From: Mizuhopecten yessoensis
Taxonomy: Eukaryota
Direction of reading: 5' to 3'
Assembly: GCF_002113885.1 (NCBI RefSeq)
Contig: NW_018404943.1
Span: 582,363-646,362, forward strand
Length of the DNA stretch: 64,000 nt
Within the stretch, counting starts at the first letter, position 1, and each line of letters begins with the position of its first letter. A program made the position numbers and the translations under genes. The notes beneath the pieces are model-generated. The model did no database searches, was not told the origin of the DNA, and worked only from the letters and a program-made list of their open reading frames with translations. This document shows positions 26,236 to 38,849 of the stretch, in pieces.

Positions 26236-26423
26236 GCTGCCAAAGAGGCTTCAAATCGAGTTCTTAGTAAATGTAAGACGGAGTGCCAATGAGTAAGCCA
26301 GATGACTATAACACCACGGCCTCTTTCTGAAGTAGAGATATGTTACCGAGATAAGGACCAAGTCTGGGCGAAACCAAAGGTCAATGTACATATGTGTTAC
26401 AATTCAATAATACCATCATCAAA
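26236..26423. promoter_or_regulatory. Putative bidirectional promoter between divergent C1qDC genes A and B
   Basis: Start codons only 188 bp apart; contains CCAAT (26286), TATAA (26307), AGATAA (26349), CAAAGGTCA (26375). Confidence 0.6.
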
Positions 26424-27414
26424 ATGGCGTCTCGGACTGCGGTGTGGTGTTTTTTCGGAGTTTTGGCAATTGTAGCCGTTTACTGTATCGAAAACGGGGA
26501 GGACATTATTAGAGGGAGAATACAAAAGTTGGAGACTTTAAACAATAATCTTAAAAAGCAGCTTAGCAATCAAAAGGTTGTTTATAATGATCTCTTAAAC
26601 GAACTGGCAACGTCAACTGATTATAGTGTAAATGACAATCATCATCAAAAGAGGCAGGCACTGAGTAAGTATGCTATTTATTTTTATATATTTTCCTTAA
26701 TCATTTTACGTATTTTATTTGTTTTTATTTATATGTATGGTCTTTTTATTGCTTAAAGTTTCAGTGATTTTTATTTTACCACTCCATTATCCAAACCATT
26801 TAGTATTTCTAATTAGTATTTAGCAAATTAAGCTATTTGTATTATAATCTTTTGGAGATACATTGATTTATTTGATTAGATAACTACTTTGTTTATTTTT
26901 GGAATAATCTTAAAAAAGAATTATTTTTACATCAGCTGTTTATCCTATCAATATCTCAAAAAAAGATATGTTATTAACAAACATGTTTTAAAAAAAGCTA
27001 CATTTTTTGCATTCGGCAGCATGTGAAGGCCCAATTGTGTTCCATGCCAGACTTCAAAACGCCATCTACCCTATCGGAACCAATCAGATCATCGCGTACG
27101 AGGACGTAGTCACCAACGTTGGTAATTCCTACGACTCGTACACGGGTCTCTTCCGAGCACCTGTAGGCGGCGTATACGAGTTCATCGCCACCATGTGGTC
27201 CTCGGACGGCAATTTTCTCGAGTTTGAGATGGTGAGGAATGGTGTGGACATGTGTTACGGCAGGGCCAGCCAGACTAACCAGACCATGGGGACGTGTGTC
27301 AGCATGGTGGAACTCTCCGCGGGAGACAGGGTATGGGTCCGACATCTCAGAGGCAGGGGAACATATGCCAACGGCATGGACTATCCTTCATTCGCTGGTC
27401 ATCTTGTTGTGTAG
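26424..27414 (+). CDS. C1q domain-containing protein B, 211 aa; exons 26424-26664 and 27020-27414
   Basis: AAAATGG start, hydrophobic leader, heptad region, ...HQKRQAL/A GTAAGT; acceptor GGCAG; gC1q IVFHARL...YEDVVTNVGNSYD..TGLFRAPVGGVYEF...FAGHLVV; AATAAA at 27427. Confidence 0.92.
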
Positions 27415-28049
27415 ATATTTTACGTAAATAAAAATATGAATTACAAAATTTAGTTTCCTTTATATATATATATATATATATTTCTTTTAATACGAGATAA
27501 AAGACTGATAACAGTTATATTAAGAAACTTATTCGTGTTTTAAGAAATATTAGGGTTTTATAATCATTTATTCACAAACCAGTGTCCATCCTCACACCAG
27601 CTAAGGTCATAAGAAGATGTGTGCCTAGGGAGATACCGCCAAACGAAAAGCGTAGATAGGAGAAGAAAGTTTATTTGATGTTTAACAATTGCTTCTGAGC
27701 AAAAGCGAAAGAACAAAACTGCCAATTCTGCAAAAAGCTCTTAAGGTAATGCCTGGATTGCTTTGAAATACTTTAATATTGAGAGAACACACTGTTCTGT
27801 CAATAATAAACATACAATATTCATCAGTTCAATATTAAACATTACAATTTGCGGAAATTGTGAAACTGTCTCCCTACATTGGATTTTCAACTAGGGATGT
27901 ACTTCCTATTTCCGTTTATCAATACACTCCAATGACCTTTATTAATTAGTTTAGTCGTCTCTGACGTTAGCGTACAGGTCTTTCATTTCAACGAACATCT
28001 TCCTCGATACTCCTGCGGTTATGCTCACTTTCGCTCTCAGTACACACAT

Positions 28050-29385
28050 TATACAACTTGGTTCGGCTCTTTGTTTAAACCATGTGATACAATTGCCCCG
28101 GATATTTGTTCACATACGTGCTACAAATGGCCCCGGTCTTTGCCCACACACGTGCTACAACTGGTCCAGGTCTTTGTTCACACACGTGATATAACTTGCC
28201 CCGGTCTTTGTTTACACACGGGATACAACTGGCCCCGGTCTTTGCTCACACACGTGATACAACTGGACCAGGTCTTTGTTCACACACGTAATACAGTTTA
28301 CAACTGGCCAAGGTCTTTGTTCACACACGGGATACAACTGGCCCCGGTCTTTATTCACACATGTGACACAACTGGCCCAGTTATTTGGTCACACACGCGA
28401 TACAATTTGCCCAGGTCTTTGTTAACACACTTGATACAACTGGCCCAGGTCTTTGTTCACACACGTGATACAACTGACCCGGATCTTTGTTCACACACGT
28501 GATACAAATGGTGCAGGTCTTTCTTCACATAAGTGATACAACTGGCCCAGATCTGTGTTCACATAAGTGATACAACTGGCCCAGATATTTGTTCACACAC
28601 GTGATACAACTGGTACAGGTCCTGTTCACATAAGTGATACAACTGGCCCAGGTCTTTGTTCACACAAGTGATACAGCTGACCCAGATCTTTTTTTCACAC
28701 ACGTGATACAAATGGTCCAGGTCTTTCTTCACATAAGTGATACAACTGGCCCAGATCTTTGTTCACATACGTGATACAACTGGCCCGGATCTTTGTTCAC
28801 ACACGTGATACAACTAGCCCGGATCTTTGTCTACACACGTGATACAACTGACCCTAATCTTTGTTCACACACGTGATACAACTGACCCGGATCGTTGTTC
28901 ACACACGTGATACAGTTTACAACTGGCCCAGATCTTTGTTAACACACGTGATACAGTTTACAACTGGTCCAGGTCTTGTTCATATAAGTGATACAATTGG
29001 CCAAGGTCTTTGTTCACACACTTGATACAACTGACCCAGGTCTTTGTTCACACACGTGATACAGTTTACAACTGGTTCAGGTCTTGTTCACATAAGTGAT
29101 ACAACTGGCCCAGATATTTGTTCACACACGTGATACAACTGGTACAGGTCCTGTTCACATAAGTGATACAACTGGCCCAGGTCTTTGTTAACACACTTGA
29201 TACAACTGGCCCAGGTCTTTGTTCACACACGTGATACAACTGACCCGGATCTTTGTTCACACACGTGATACAACTGGCCCAGGTTTTTAATCACAACCGT
29301 GATACAACTGACCCAGGTCTTTGTTCACACACGTGCCATAATTACCTTAGATCTTTGTCAACGCATTTGATACAACTGGGCCTGG
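28050..29385. repeat. 34-bp minisatellite (TGATACAACTGGCCCAGGTCTTTGTTCACACACG), ~39 copies
   Basis: 34-nt periodicity with occasional 7-nt (GTTTACA) insertions; ORFs here are repeat artefacts. Confidence 0.95.
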
Positions 29386-31979
29386 GTCGTTTAACACATA
29401 TTACTAAACATGTATGATCCTAATTGTACCTCATCAATGTAGCAACTAAAAAAACCTTAATTAAGCATTGGAAACTATTCATGACTATAGCTGTTTTAAA
29501 TCATTTCTAAAAAAAATATACCTTTTTGGGACTTATATGCAAAAACAGTTCTGAGAGCTAAAACCTCATTGGCACTAGACCAAAATTCAAACCTTGGACT
29601 ATCGCTCTACCCCACTGAGCCACCTACTCATGTGCTACAGTTGTATCCAAATTGAAATTAATGTTTTGTTTTATGATATCCACAAATTTTATTACATGTG
29701 TTAACAAAACCATAATTTGAACTCAAAATCGAGAAGAAATATGAAAAAAGGGGAAGATTTACATGGCGACCGTTGAGAGAGTAAAAGGATAATAAGACTA
29801 GGTGTTCCAGAAGCCGGAGATAAACGCTGCACATGTATATTGTGTATTTTCATTCAAATATTAAAAACCAGGATCATACACTCCTATATATTATACTCAT
29901 GGAATATTTACTTTTTTTTTTTTTTTTTCGTGAAGATTGATTTTTTTTAACAATGGGACTGAAGGTCACCGAATATAAATTCTTATAGCGTTAAGACTTA
30001 AAAGCTTTCTTTAAAGTTTCTTCCAAAAAAAAAAAATACATCACTTAATTTGGTTTTTTTCCGTCACAAATTTTCTATGTACATCTTCAATGAATATCAA
30101 ACAAATAAAAACGATTTAACCACTCCGTTGTAGCATTAAAGAGCTATGTAAAGTTCTGCATTTTTGCATAATTTACAGAAAATGTATTAATTGCAGGTTA
30201 ACAATTCATGTCGATAGAAACCTTTATTTTAAGATTGACAGGGAACACTGAAGATAAGTTCAATACGTAAAACGGTGATCTTACGTCATACAGTAGACGA
30301 CAATATTTTAAAGTTCACCTTTACCTGAAACCGCAAACAGTTACATCCAGTGTACAGGTGTGTTATTTTCAATCAAGAAGGAAATATCATAGTTGGAAAG
30401 GAAATTGTATTAATTCAAATTCTTTTATTTGTACGTAGTTTAGACAACCCCCTTTTCTTTTTTTTAAGAATACATGTTTTACAAATGAATTGTCTGTGTA
30501 ACTATCCATACAAGATTTGTTTATACGAATTAATAATGATAACATAGGAATGATTTGATCTATCTTTTACTGTTATAAACAACTTACAACTTTACCAAAG
30601 ATTAGGATACGTAGGTTCACCTGTTTTCATTGAAATTTCAAACTAATGATCCTTTTTATTTTTAGTTTTTATGATTTTGCCACATTTCAAAGACCCTACA
30701 TCCTTACTCAGTGTCACATAATCTGCTTCAAATCATGAGGATCTCCATCTAACGACTCTGTAAGCTGACAGAATTATAAACAGTCTGTTCTAAAAAAAAA
30801 ACTGTGATCTAAAGCATTGTTACTTAACATTGAATAAAAACTTAACAAATGATTAAATGTTTCATTCGTATATACTTTTTAAAATATGTAATATGGAAAC
30901 AATATATTTAACCGGAAAAGAAATTTGATGAATAAACATTACGTAAATTTTCGACCGGTCAAGATTTCGTATGATTAAGGTTATGAAGCGTGCTTATGTT
31001 TAGAACACATGCAGATATACTTCCTTGTCCAAAATCGGTATAATACAATATTGTGACCCTTTATCTGTTCTGAGTAAGCGTGGGTCGAAACCAGGTGTTT
31101 AGACAACAAGGATAGTGACAGATTGACATCCAGACAACCAATCAGATCATTTAGACCTTCCTTTACACTGGTATCAATAGGCACGAACAAGGAAGGAAAT
31201 CTGACCATCCGTACACAGGTGTTGAATGTACAAAGGTTCGTGTCAACGAGTCAGCTGTTCGGTCGCCTAGAAGTACCTTCACAAGATTTCTGTGAATGGG
31301 GTCAAGGTTTTACGGAGCTCGAAATGATTGAAATGTAATGAAAGTAATCGAAGTAATCGAATGAATGTAGATTTCTTTACGACAAAATAAAATGTCACAA
31401 GGAGGAAATGCCTGAAGATATATAATTCAGGATCCGCAATTTAAGCATATATTTTTTACCACTTTTTTATTTGTAACGTCTCTCTATCTGTTCTTTTCTC
31501 AAATATGAATACTTACAATTTGTATGTTTAAACAATAAGCAACCTTAATGCAAAGCGATATGCTCCTACATTTTGTATAACAGTATAACGCATTACATTT
31601 AAGTGTGAACAGTTTTGTTCGAAACTAGTCAGGGTTAAGTGTATGTACGAGTGGTATACATTCATTAATAAATTACTATTATTAATATTATATTATTGCT
31701 CTCCTATCAACCAAACAAATTTATGCAATGCTATCTATCAATTCTTCGGATTATTATTGATCATATAAAGAATATCTTGTATTAATTGTATTTTATACCT
31801 TGATGGTAATACTATAGAAATACATTTTAATGCAGTGATACCGAAGGAAAAATGTTAACGACATTTAAAGATTCTGATTATACCCAACGTTCACTTATAC
31901 AATGTGCACGGTACAATATCCCAGCATTTAGTTTTATTTTATAAAATCATTCATTTTGTCCCTGCAAGTAGGGCATAAT

Positions 31980-32472
31980 AATTGTACCTGCTGTCCCCAT
32001 TGCATGATCGTAAGAGAGGACTAAATTTGGGATCTTATCTTTTCTCTTCTTTCTAAACAACTTTCTTCTTCCTAATGTCTCCCTTGACAATGCCTCACTT
32101 TTGACCTTTAGTTGAGCGTTCGCCCCTGTGAGGAAGGCTTTGGGTTCTGTCCCCTGGCCGAGACATACAAGAGTATGTAAAAATGGTAGTTAATACTCCT
32201 ACTTAACGCTCAGCAATTTAGGAGTTGCACGACTGGTTCGCCCGTTGTCAGTATAATGTGACCGGGTGGGGTGTCCTGCTGGGTGTCGTCGGCAGTATGT
32301 TTTAGTGAGGTAGCACTATAAAGTTGGCATCGGTTCCGCGCTATCACAAGAAGACAAACACGAAGATATCGCAGCCTCCCAAAACACACGCATGCATTTT
32401 GCACGCATGGGGAGGCCGTCCTTAAATGACCATAGCTTTTGATAGGACGTAAAACAATACTAAACCAAACCA
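31980..32472 (+). mobile_element. SINE with MetaSINE-like central domain (bivalve type)
   Basis: tRNA-like head remnant (AGTTGAGCGTTCGCC...GGGTTCTGTCCCC), central GTCAGTATAATGTGACCGGGTGGGGTG...AGCACTATAAAG, tail CTTAAATGACCATAGC...TAGGACGTAAAAC plus (AAACC)n; tail recurs elsewhere in the window. Confidence 0.65.
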
Positions 32473-33394
32473 AAATGATGTCCTATCGTTGTTTTGAGTC
32501 GTAACCTTGTAGTTGAATAACAATTTTTACAAATAGTCTCCTATATTGACACGGTAGTAATACAAACTGTATTCTACCGGCGAAGTCATAATCTACGCTT
32601 AGATAATGTTACAGTCGTCTTCATGTCCAGACTTATAAGGTATTATTTGAAAAGTTAGTAATCTACATTTATTTTCATTTTTTTAAGTCATTTAAGCCAA
32701 AAAACTTCCGGAATACCTCCTTACATCATGATCACTGTATGTTTGTGTGTGTGTGTGTATTTCTAACGCCTTTCCCTCTCTTTTGATGTCACTTCCGTTT
32801 CGAGTTTCAAAGAAATACGAAAATCATTCCGGTACAAATGATATTGTGCGAAAATTAAAAAATGCTAACAAAAACATTTTCTGCCCATGCATTTCATATA
32901 CAGAAGATTGCTATATGTATTTGGTAGATTAAAAAATGAAGTAACCATGCAGTGCATATAATGTTCGTGTATTTGTGTAAAATGAATGATACATGTACCA
33001 TAAAAATGTTCTGAAGTTTTGTGTGTATGTTGCATATGTTGCCAATTATCCAAAACTCGAAATATATTTATGGGTCATTATAATTAAACCAAAACGCATT
33101 TTATTATATAAAACACAAGAACAGCTTACAGATTTTATTTTATTTTCTGATAGAAATTGATTTTCTAATTTTTTGAACTCATATTGTAGGACTTTCATTC
33201 AAGAAATAATCTGTTAAACATGTTATGACATCTAAATCCTTAGCTTTCTTGTGACTCCGGTGAAACATTTCGGATACAGGTCTATATGAACAAAACTAGG
33301 ATGCATTGTTCAAACCACAAAATGGCATTAACCTTTAAATACTTGATTATCCAAAACAAGTACGTTATACTTTAAGCTTATGGCATGCAGATAT

Positions 33395-33726
33395 CATTCT
33401 CGATACTCCAGTAATCTCGCTCACGTTCTCTGCACCATTGGAATAAATCATGACAAAAGCGAAGCTTCAATGTGTGCTACCATAAGTTGACCCTTTGATT
33501 TACATCAAAATAATCCTGCGACAGTAAAAGGGTTAAATTGAACGGACTTGAAGTCGGGTGTCAGTCCTTTGTAATCATCAAAGGACAGGTAACAGCAAAG
33601 CGAATTGTCATATTTCTTTTACCCGAGACAAATCAAACAGCTAGTATAGTGCCTTCATTTTTGTCATGACGTATTCCAGGGATGCAGAGAGCGCTAGGGA
33701 GCGTAACCCATGGAATATCGAGGTTG
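33395..33726. mobile_element. MITE family 1, second full copy, ~225 bp upstream of C1qDC gene C
   Basis: Homologous to 21648-22002 (shared internal CCTTTGTAATC..CAAAGGACAGGTA); termini CATTCTCG...CGAGGTTG; TSD TGCAGATAT/TCCAGATAT (1 mismatch). Confidence 0.8.
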
Positions 33727-33951
33727 TCCAGATATTTGTTTTCTTATATGATTTCTGTATCGCAACGACTTCGAACTATACTACTTTCTCACTCATTTCA
33801 ATTACTGATTAGGTTGAAAACCTTTTCTATATACACTGGTATAAGGTAACACTTACACGAACTAGGAGATGTTGTAGATAACGACCATGTCATTCACAGA
33901 CAGCCATCTTGAAGTTGGTCGAGAGTTCCGCGAATCAACCAACATCTGAGA

Positions 33952-35509
33952 ATGTTGAATGTGTTCATATTTGGGTTATGTTTTCTTTCGTTTAATGGGA
34001 TAAATGCGAATGTTTCTGAACGAATTTCCAAGTTGGAAAGCCAGAACACTCGACTTCGGGAGAGACTACACGACCATATCAAGACATACAACGGCCTCCT
34101 CCAGATGTATGTTGACAAAACTTCCCATGTCAATTACGCAGATCCAGACACACGTCAACGCAGGGGTTTGTATTTATTTTCATACAAGTAACTTTCCCTG
34201 CTATACTTCGCAAAAGCGTTTTCATTGCAGAATATTTAAAATAGATTTTATGTCATGTGATGTATGGACACAACAGACCGATCACGTGTGGAGTATAATC
34301 TTATCAAAAACTTAAAACACGACACTATCATTCGACTTACATATGCACGTTTGCCAAAAATAGGTCAGGATATATGAAATCACATATACATGAAATGTAC
34401 AACAAAGATGAACAAAGCTTTAGAGCAAGACTCTATTCTAAACATGTGTCCTAGATGTAACATCGCGATTATTACAAAATCAACATATTGCATGTGTATG
34501 ATTTTGTTTTTAATCTGAAAAATTGGTTCTATCAAATACATCTGACAAATAATTTGAAATCACGTACCATGTACGTAGATAAATTGACAGAGGAAAGATA
34601 CAAAGATTCGTATCAAGATAAAACGATAACAGTATATCTAAAGGATGGTTAAGATAGAAAACTAAACATATAAGCATAATGACTCAAAATTATACAACAC
34701 AACACCATGTCAGAAATATATGTTGATATAACAGTGATACTATTCCGTAATTAAATAAACCTGGCTTCCTGTACAATGAACACATTGTGAGACCAGAAGC
34801 AAAGTTGTAATAATATGTCATGGCATAATAAGAACGCTTAGAAAAAAGTTATAATGGTCTGAGGTACGCTTCTGACTCTTTTCCGTGAACATTGCAATAA
34901 CCCTCTTTACGTTTGTTGATATGTGTTCTTTGTTCTTGCCTAGAAAGATGAAAGAAAGGTTAACATAGGGTAATAGATACCGTATACCAAAACCGAATTA
35001 CACTTTCTACACAGCTGTTTTGTCATTAGAAACTTGTTTAAGCTATACATATATTATGAGTAATATTGAGTAAGAGCTCTAAAAACCCTCTTTACTGTTT
35101 TATAGATTGTCACACCAGGCCCTCACCAATAGCATTTCATGCTCTGATGTCTCAGTCTATATTCCCTTTGGGAGCCAAACAAATCCTACAGTACGATGAC
35201 GTCATCACGAACGTAGGAAATGCATACGACAAATTCACAGGGATATTCCAGGCCCCTATAGGCGGGGTCTACGAGTTTGTAGCTACCATGTGGTCACGTG
35301 AAGGCTACCACATGGACTACGAGATGCTTCACAACGGAATTGACGTATGCTATGGACAAGCTGGAAAAACGAACCAAACAATGGGGGTTTGTGTCAGTGT
35401 TCTGAGCATTGCTTCTGGTGATCGCGTTTGGGTACGAAACCATGCTACAGGGTCGGTTTACGTCAACGGACATGGCTACCCAGCTTTTTCTGGTCATTTG
35501 GTAGCATAA
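33952..35509 (+). CDS. C1q domain-containing protein C, 205 aa; exons 33952-34165 and 35106-35509
   Basis: Leader MLNVFIFGLCFLSFNGINA, coiled coil, ...TRQRR/G donor GTTTGT; acceptor TTTATAG; D-CHTRPSPIAFHA...YDDVITNVGNAYD..TGIFQAPIGGVYEF...FSGHLVA. Confidence 0.92.
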
Positions 35510-35838
35510 ATATATATAACATTTGGTAGTCATGTGAATGGTTGGTTGTATTTAGTATTCGATCGTTATATTCTGGACTCCTGACATCATCGTTTCTAAA
35601 TCGGATGGAGTAGTTTTACGCCAGTTGTCATTAATTGTGCAAGAAATAAAAAAAAACAAAAAAAACACCGTCTCTCATTTATATGTATCAATGACTAATT
35701 ACAACAATGAGTATGATTTATCTTGTAATCTTAGAAGAGTTATTGATGACATGTGCAGCTTTTCGTAATTTGGAATGTCATCCTCGATACTTCAGGAGTT
35801 ACGCTCACTATCGCTTTCTGCACCCCTGGAATTTGAAT

Positions 35839-36838
35839 GCTAGTCGTTTCGGTAACAAGTCGTTTCGGGAGTCCTTACTCAAGTCGTTTCGGGACATATA
35901 AACAAAATATAATCAAAAATATAAATGATTGCCACAAGTAACATTTCTCTTTCTCGTTTCGTAAAAATCTCTGTAAACACAGCTTTCGTCGTAGCCCATT
36001 AGCAATGACGTCACGATTTATGTGTACACAAGACATATGGTTGCCTCGACCTATACGCGTGTTTGGGATAATTATTTTTGCCAATTAGCGCCACGCTTGG
36101 GTTGCTTGAGGTGTACCTGCCGACATTTACCTGATTGACAACATGTTGTTAATTTGATGAAACTAATCCAGAGGAACGAACACCAAGTACCGAACGCGCG
36201 GTCAATATCAATTTTCAATCAATTATTTTTACATAATTTTACCCTATGAATGTTGCCAACTTGATCAAGTTTCCCTTTAACAGAAGTACTAACCTGACAG
36301 TAAATTCTGCACATTAAAAGTACAAAATTTTACAATGTATACTAGCAGGGTGTGTCTGCATTTTCACACATTTTCTGTCTTTTTCAAATCTCTGCAATCA
36401 AGAGGACAACAACAAATGTTTGATTTTATTTTTATTTCATATAACTTGTAATATACAATATAAAAATGTATACCATATGTAACAAAGTTTGTAACAATAA
36501 ATAATTATAAACAAATTAACACATAAATAAACAAAGGTAACAATATGAAATAAATTTTTGTATAAAAAAAAATGTTTTTCCTCAAATACACAGAGATCCT
36601 CATTAAGGTACTCAGAGCTACTCGGAGTTCCTCCAATTGTTGTTGTTTTTGTAACCCTCATTGTTGAAACTATGAAAACAGTGAGCCCCTCGTTGAGGTA
36701 CTCACGAGCTACTCTAATTGTTGTTGCTTTTGTAAACAAAACAACCATAAACACGTGTGATAAACAAACAAACAGTAGAAAATAATCGAGATGTCCCGAA
36801 ACGACCCGGACAAAAAAGTCCCGAAGCGACCTGACACC
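35839..36838. mobile_element. Probable non-autonomous DNA transposon with sub-terminal GTCGTTTCGGGAC repeats
   Basis: Three GTCGTTTCGG units at 35843-35895 inverted relative to GTCCCGAAACGAC units at 36793-36830; possible TSD ATTTGAAT/ATTTGCAT; left terminus not cleanly matched. Confidence 0.45.
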
Positions 36839-38849
36839 ATTTGCATATTGGGGTTCATGTCCATTTTTCTTTAATTGTATTTTTACTCATATACTACTAT
36901 TTATTGCGTCTGCAGGGTGGGTAGAAAACGTTCAATTCATATACTTACTTTAATTGAATATGTTCATGTATAAATAACAAAAAGTAGTCTAAGGAGCTGT
37001 TTGTGTAGTGAACGTATATGGTATTTTGAACGATAACTAAGTGAAAGCAGACAATAGTAGTCTATTTTTATTTATTTTATTTATTTTACTTATTTTCATC
37101 TAATTATTCATAAAACGCTATTTTCATTCCATAATGTGTCACATCTATAGCTCTGTATAACATTGGAAATTTGACTCACTAAATAACGTTTCAAGCCTGT
37201 AAAATGTATATTTTTGGATATATTAGTTTTGTTTACGAATCAGGACGGGGAACTATAAACAACGAAAACCAGTCGGACAGATATGAATGAAAATATCATC
37301 ACAATGTTTTTATAACATCCTACAGGGAAAATCATTGACCGGTAGGACAAAACACAGGTTGTCACTGCGACAACAAACAGTAACTGGACAACAAAGATGA
37401 AAGTGATTATATTTTCTTCTTACTTATTATATACATATTGTAATACGGTGTCGAAAAAAAACAATATTCACTAACAACAGGAATTTGAGAGTTTGTAGTT
37501 AGCTTGGCAATTTGTATTCAAATGTAAAGAGTAAACAATGCATGAGATGTAGTGTGTACATCCAAAATATTGCAAAAGGACCTTACAGGGAAGGGGGGCA
37601 GAGGGTGGAACCTGCAAGGAATTCTAACTACTGAAATAGTAGGTAATACCACTATGTCAAAAATAATAAAATTGCTGATATTAATAACCATATTATATCT
37701 GATCAGTGATATATAGAGTACAATTCTTTATTCACTGAATTTTAAACATTTTGTCGTAGAGAATTTAAATATTTTGGTACGATAGTGATAGTCTATCAAC
37801 CAAAGGCTAAACTAGTATAAACATAAAAACATGTCAATATACAGTCCATTACATTTTCTAATATCAATTTTGAATTAATTGTTTTAAAGACGGTCTGCTG
37901 ATTTGGCGTAATGTCGAGACGATTGACAACATCTTTAAAAGCTTTTAAGTAATATTCCTCTAGGTGGAAGCTGTCAATGAATTCAAACAGAACCAAAACA
38001 AAGAGTTTTAAGTGAATATAAAAATAGTTTTGGAAATCGAATATCGTTCAGTAAAATTTGGTTTCATGGGCAGATCTTCAAAAATGTTAAAAGATTGTTG
38101 CGTAAATAAGCAAGTATTGGTTATATATTTTGCATGTCAATAAACCATATGAAAAGGTAGTAAAAGAGGCTTTAAAGGTACATCAGAACGTTCATGATAA
38201 AGCGATATGCTTATGTTATACCATCTGTCAAACTAGACATGTAAAAAGTAGAAATACGGGTACATTCAAACATCATTTTCATTATGCAAAAAGTATATCG
38301 TTTAGGTTAAACATACCTTACGAATTATTACTAAGTTTTGACTGTCGACAGGTATAATAAAAATAAAAAAATGACCACATTGCCAAAGTTGAAACTTGCA
38401 TGAGAAAATCTCCAAGAAATTGCGCATGTGTTTAAAGGTGCCATCAATTTGGAGACGAAATATTTCATATTTCATTTAAAATTAAAATTCAATTTTAAAA
38501 AAGACTCTCAATATAAATCAAACGAAGCTTTACTTTTTATTTTATTTAAAAAAAAACCTCTTCATTAAAAGTTTCTTATAATCAATCCATTTTTTTTCGC
38601 TAAATTTTATTGCGACTTATATAATTATACTCCCATTAACAGACCATTCTTTACTTACACGTACACGTTTCGCTTTAATTTTTTTTTGAACTTATGACAA
38701 TCCCAATTATTAAATGGTAACAAAAGGGCAGATTGTATGTGTGTGCTTAGTCACCTGACCCGATAAGACCGCAATAGGCATAATCTTTCTGTCCTATCTG
38801 TAATTTGTTAAACATCGACTCCAAATATTGTGATATCTTAAAGTGAATA

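Noticed and set aside
26394-26423. Upstream GTG/TTG starts given by the ORF track for C1qDC exons (26394, 27007, 35066, 40430, 45324, 49676, 50553)
   Set aside because: They are 5' UTR or intron read-in; true starts are ATGs preceding signal peptides, and exon 2 starts are AG acceptors in phase 1.
28050-29385. CRISPR-like appearance of the 34-bp (also 30-, 42- and 27-bp) repeats
   Set aside because: Units are head-to-tail with no unique spacers, there are no cas genes, and the DNA is eukaryotic; these are minisatellites and their ORFs are artefacts.
31055-31110. CTGAGTAAG...GGTCGAAACC as a possible hammerhead
   Set aside because: Core box is not CUGANGA and no stem II can be formed.
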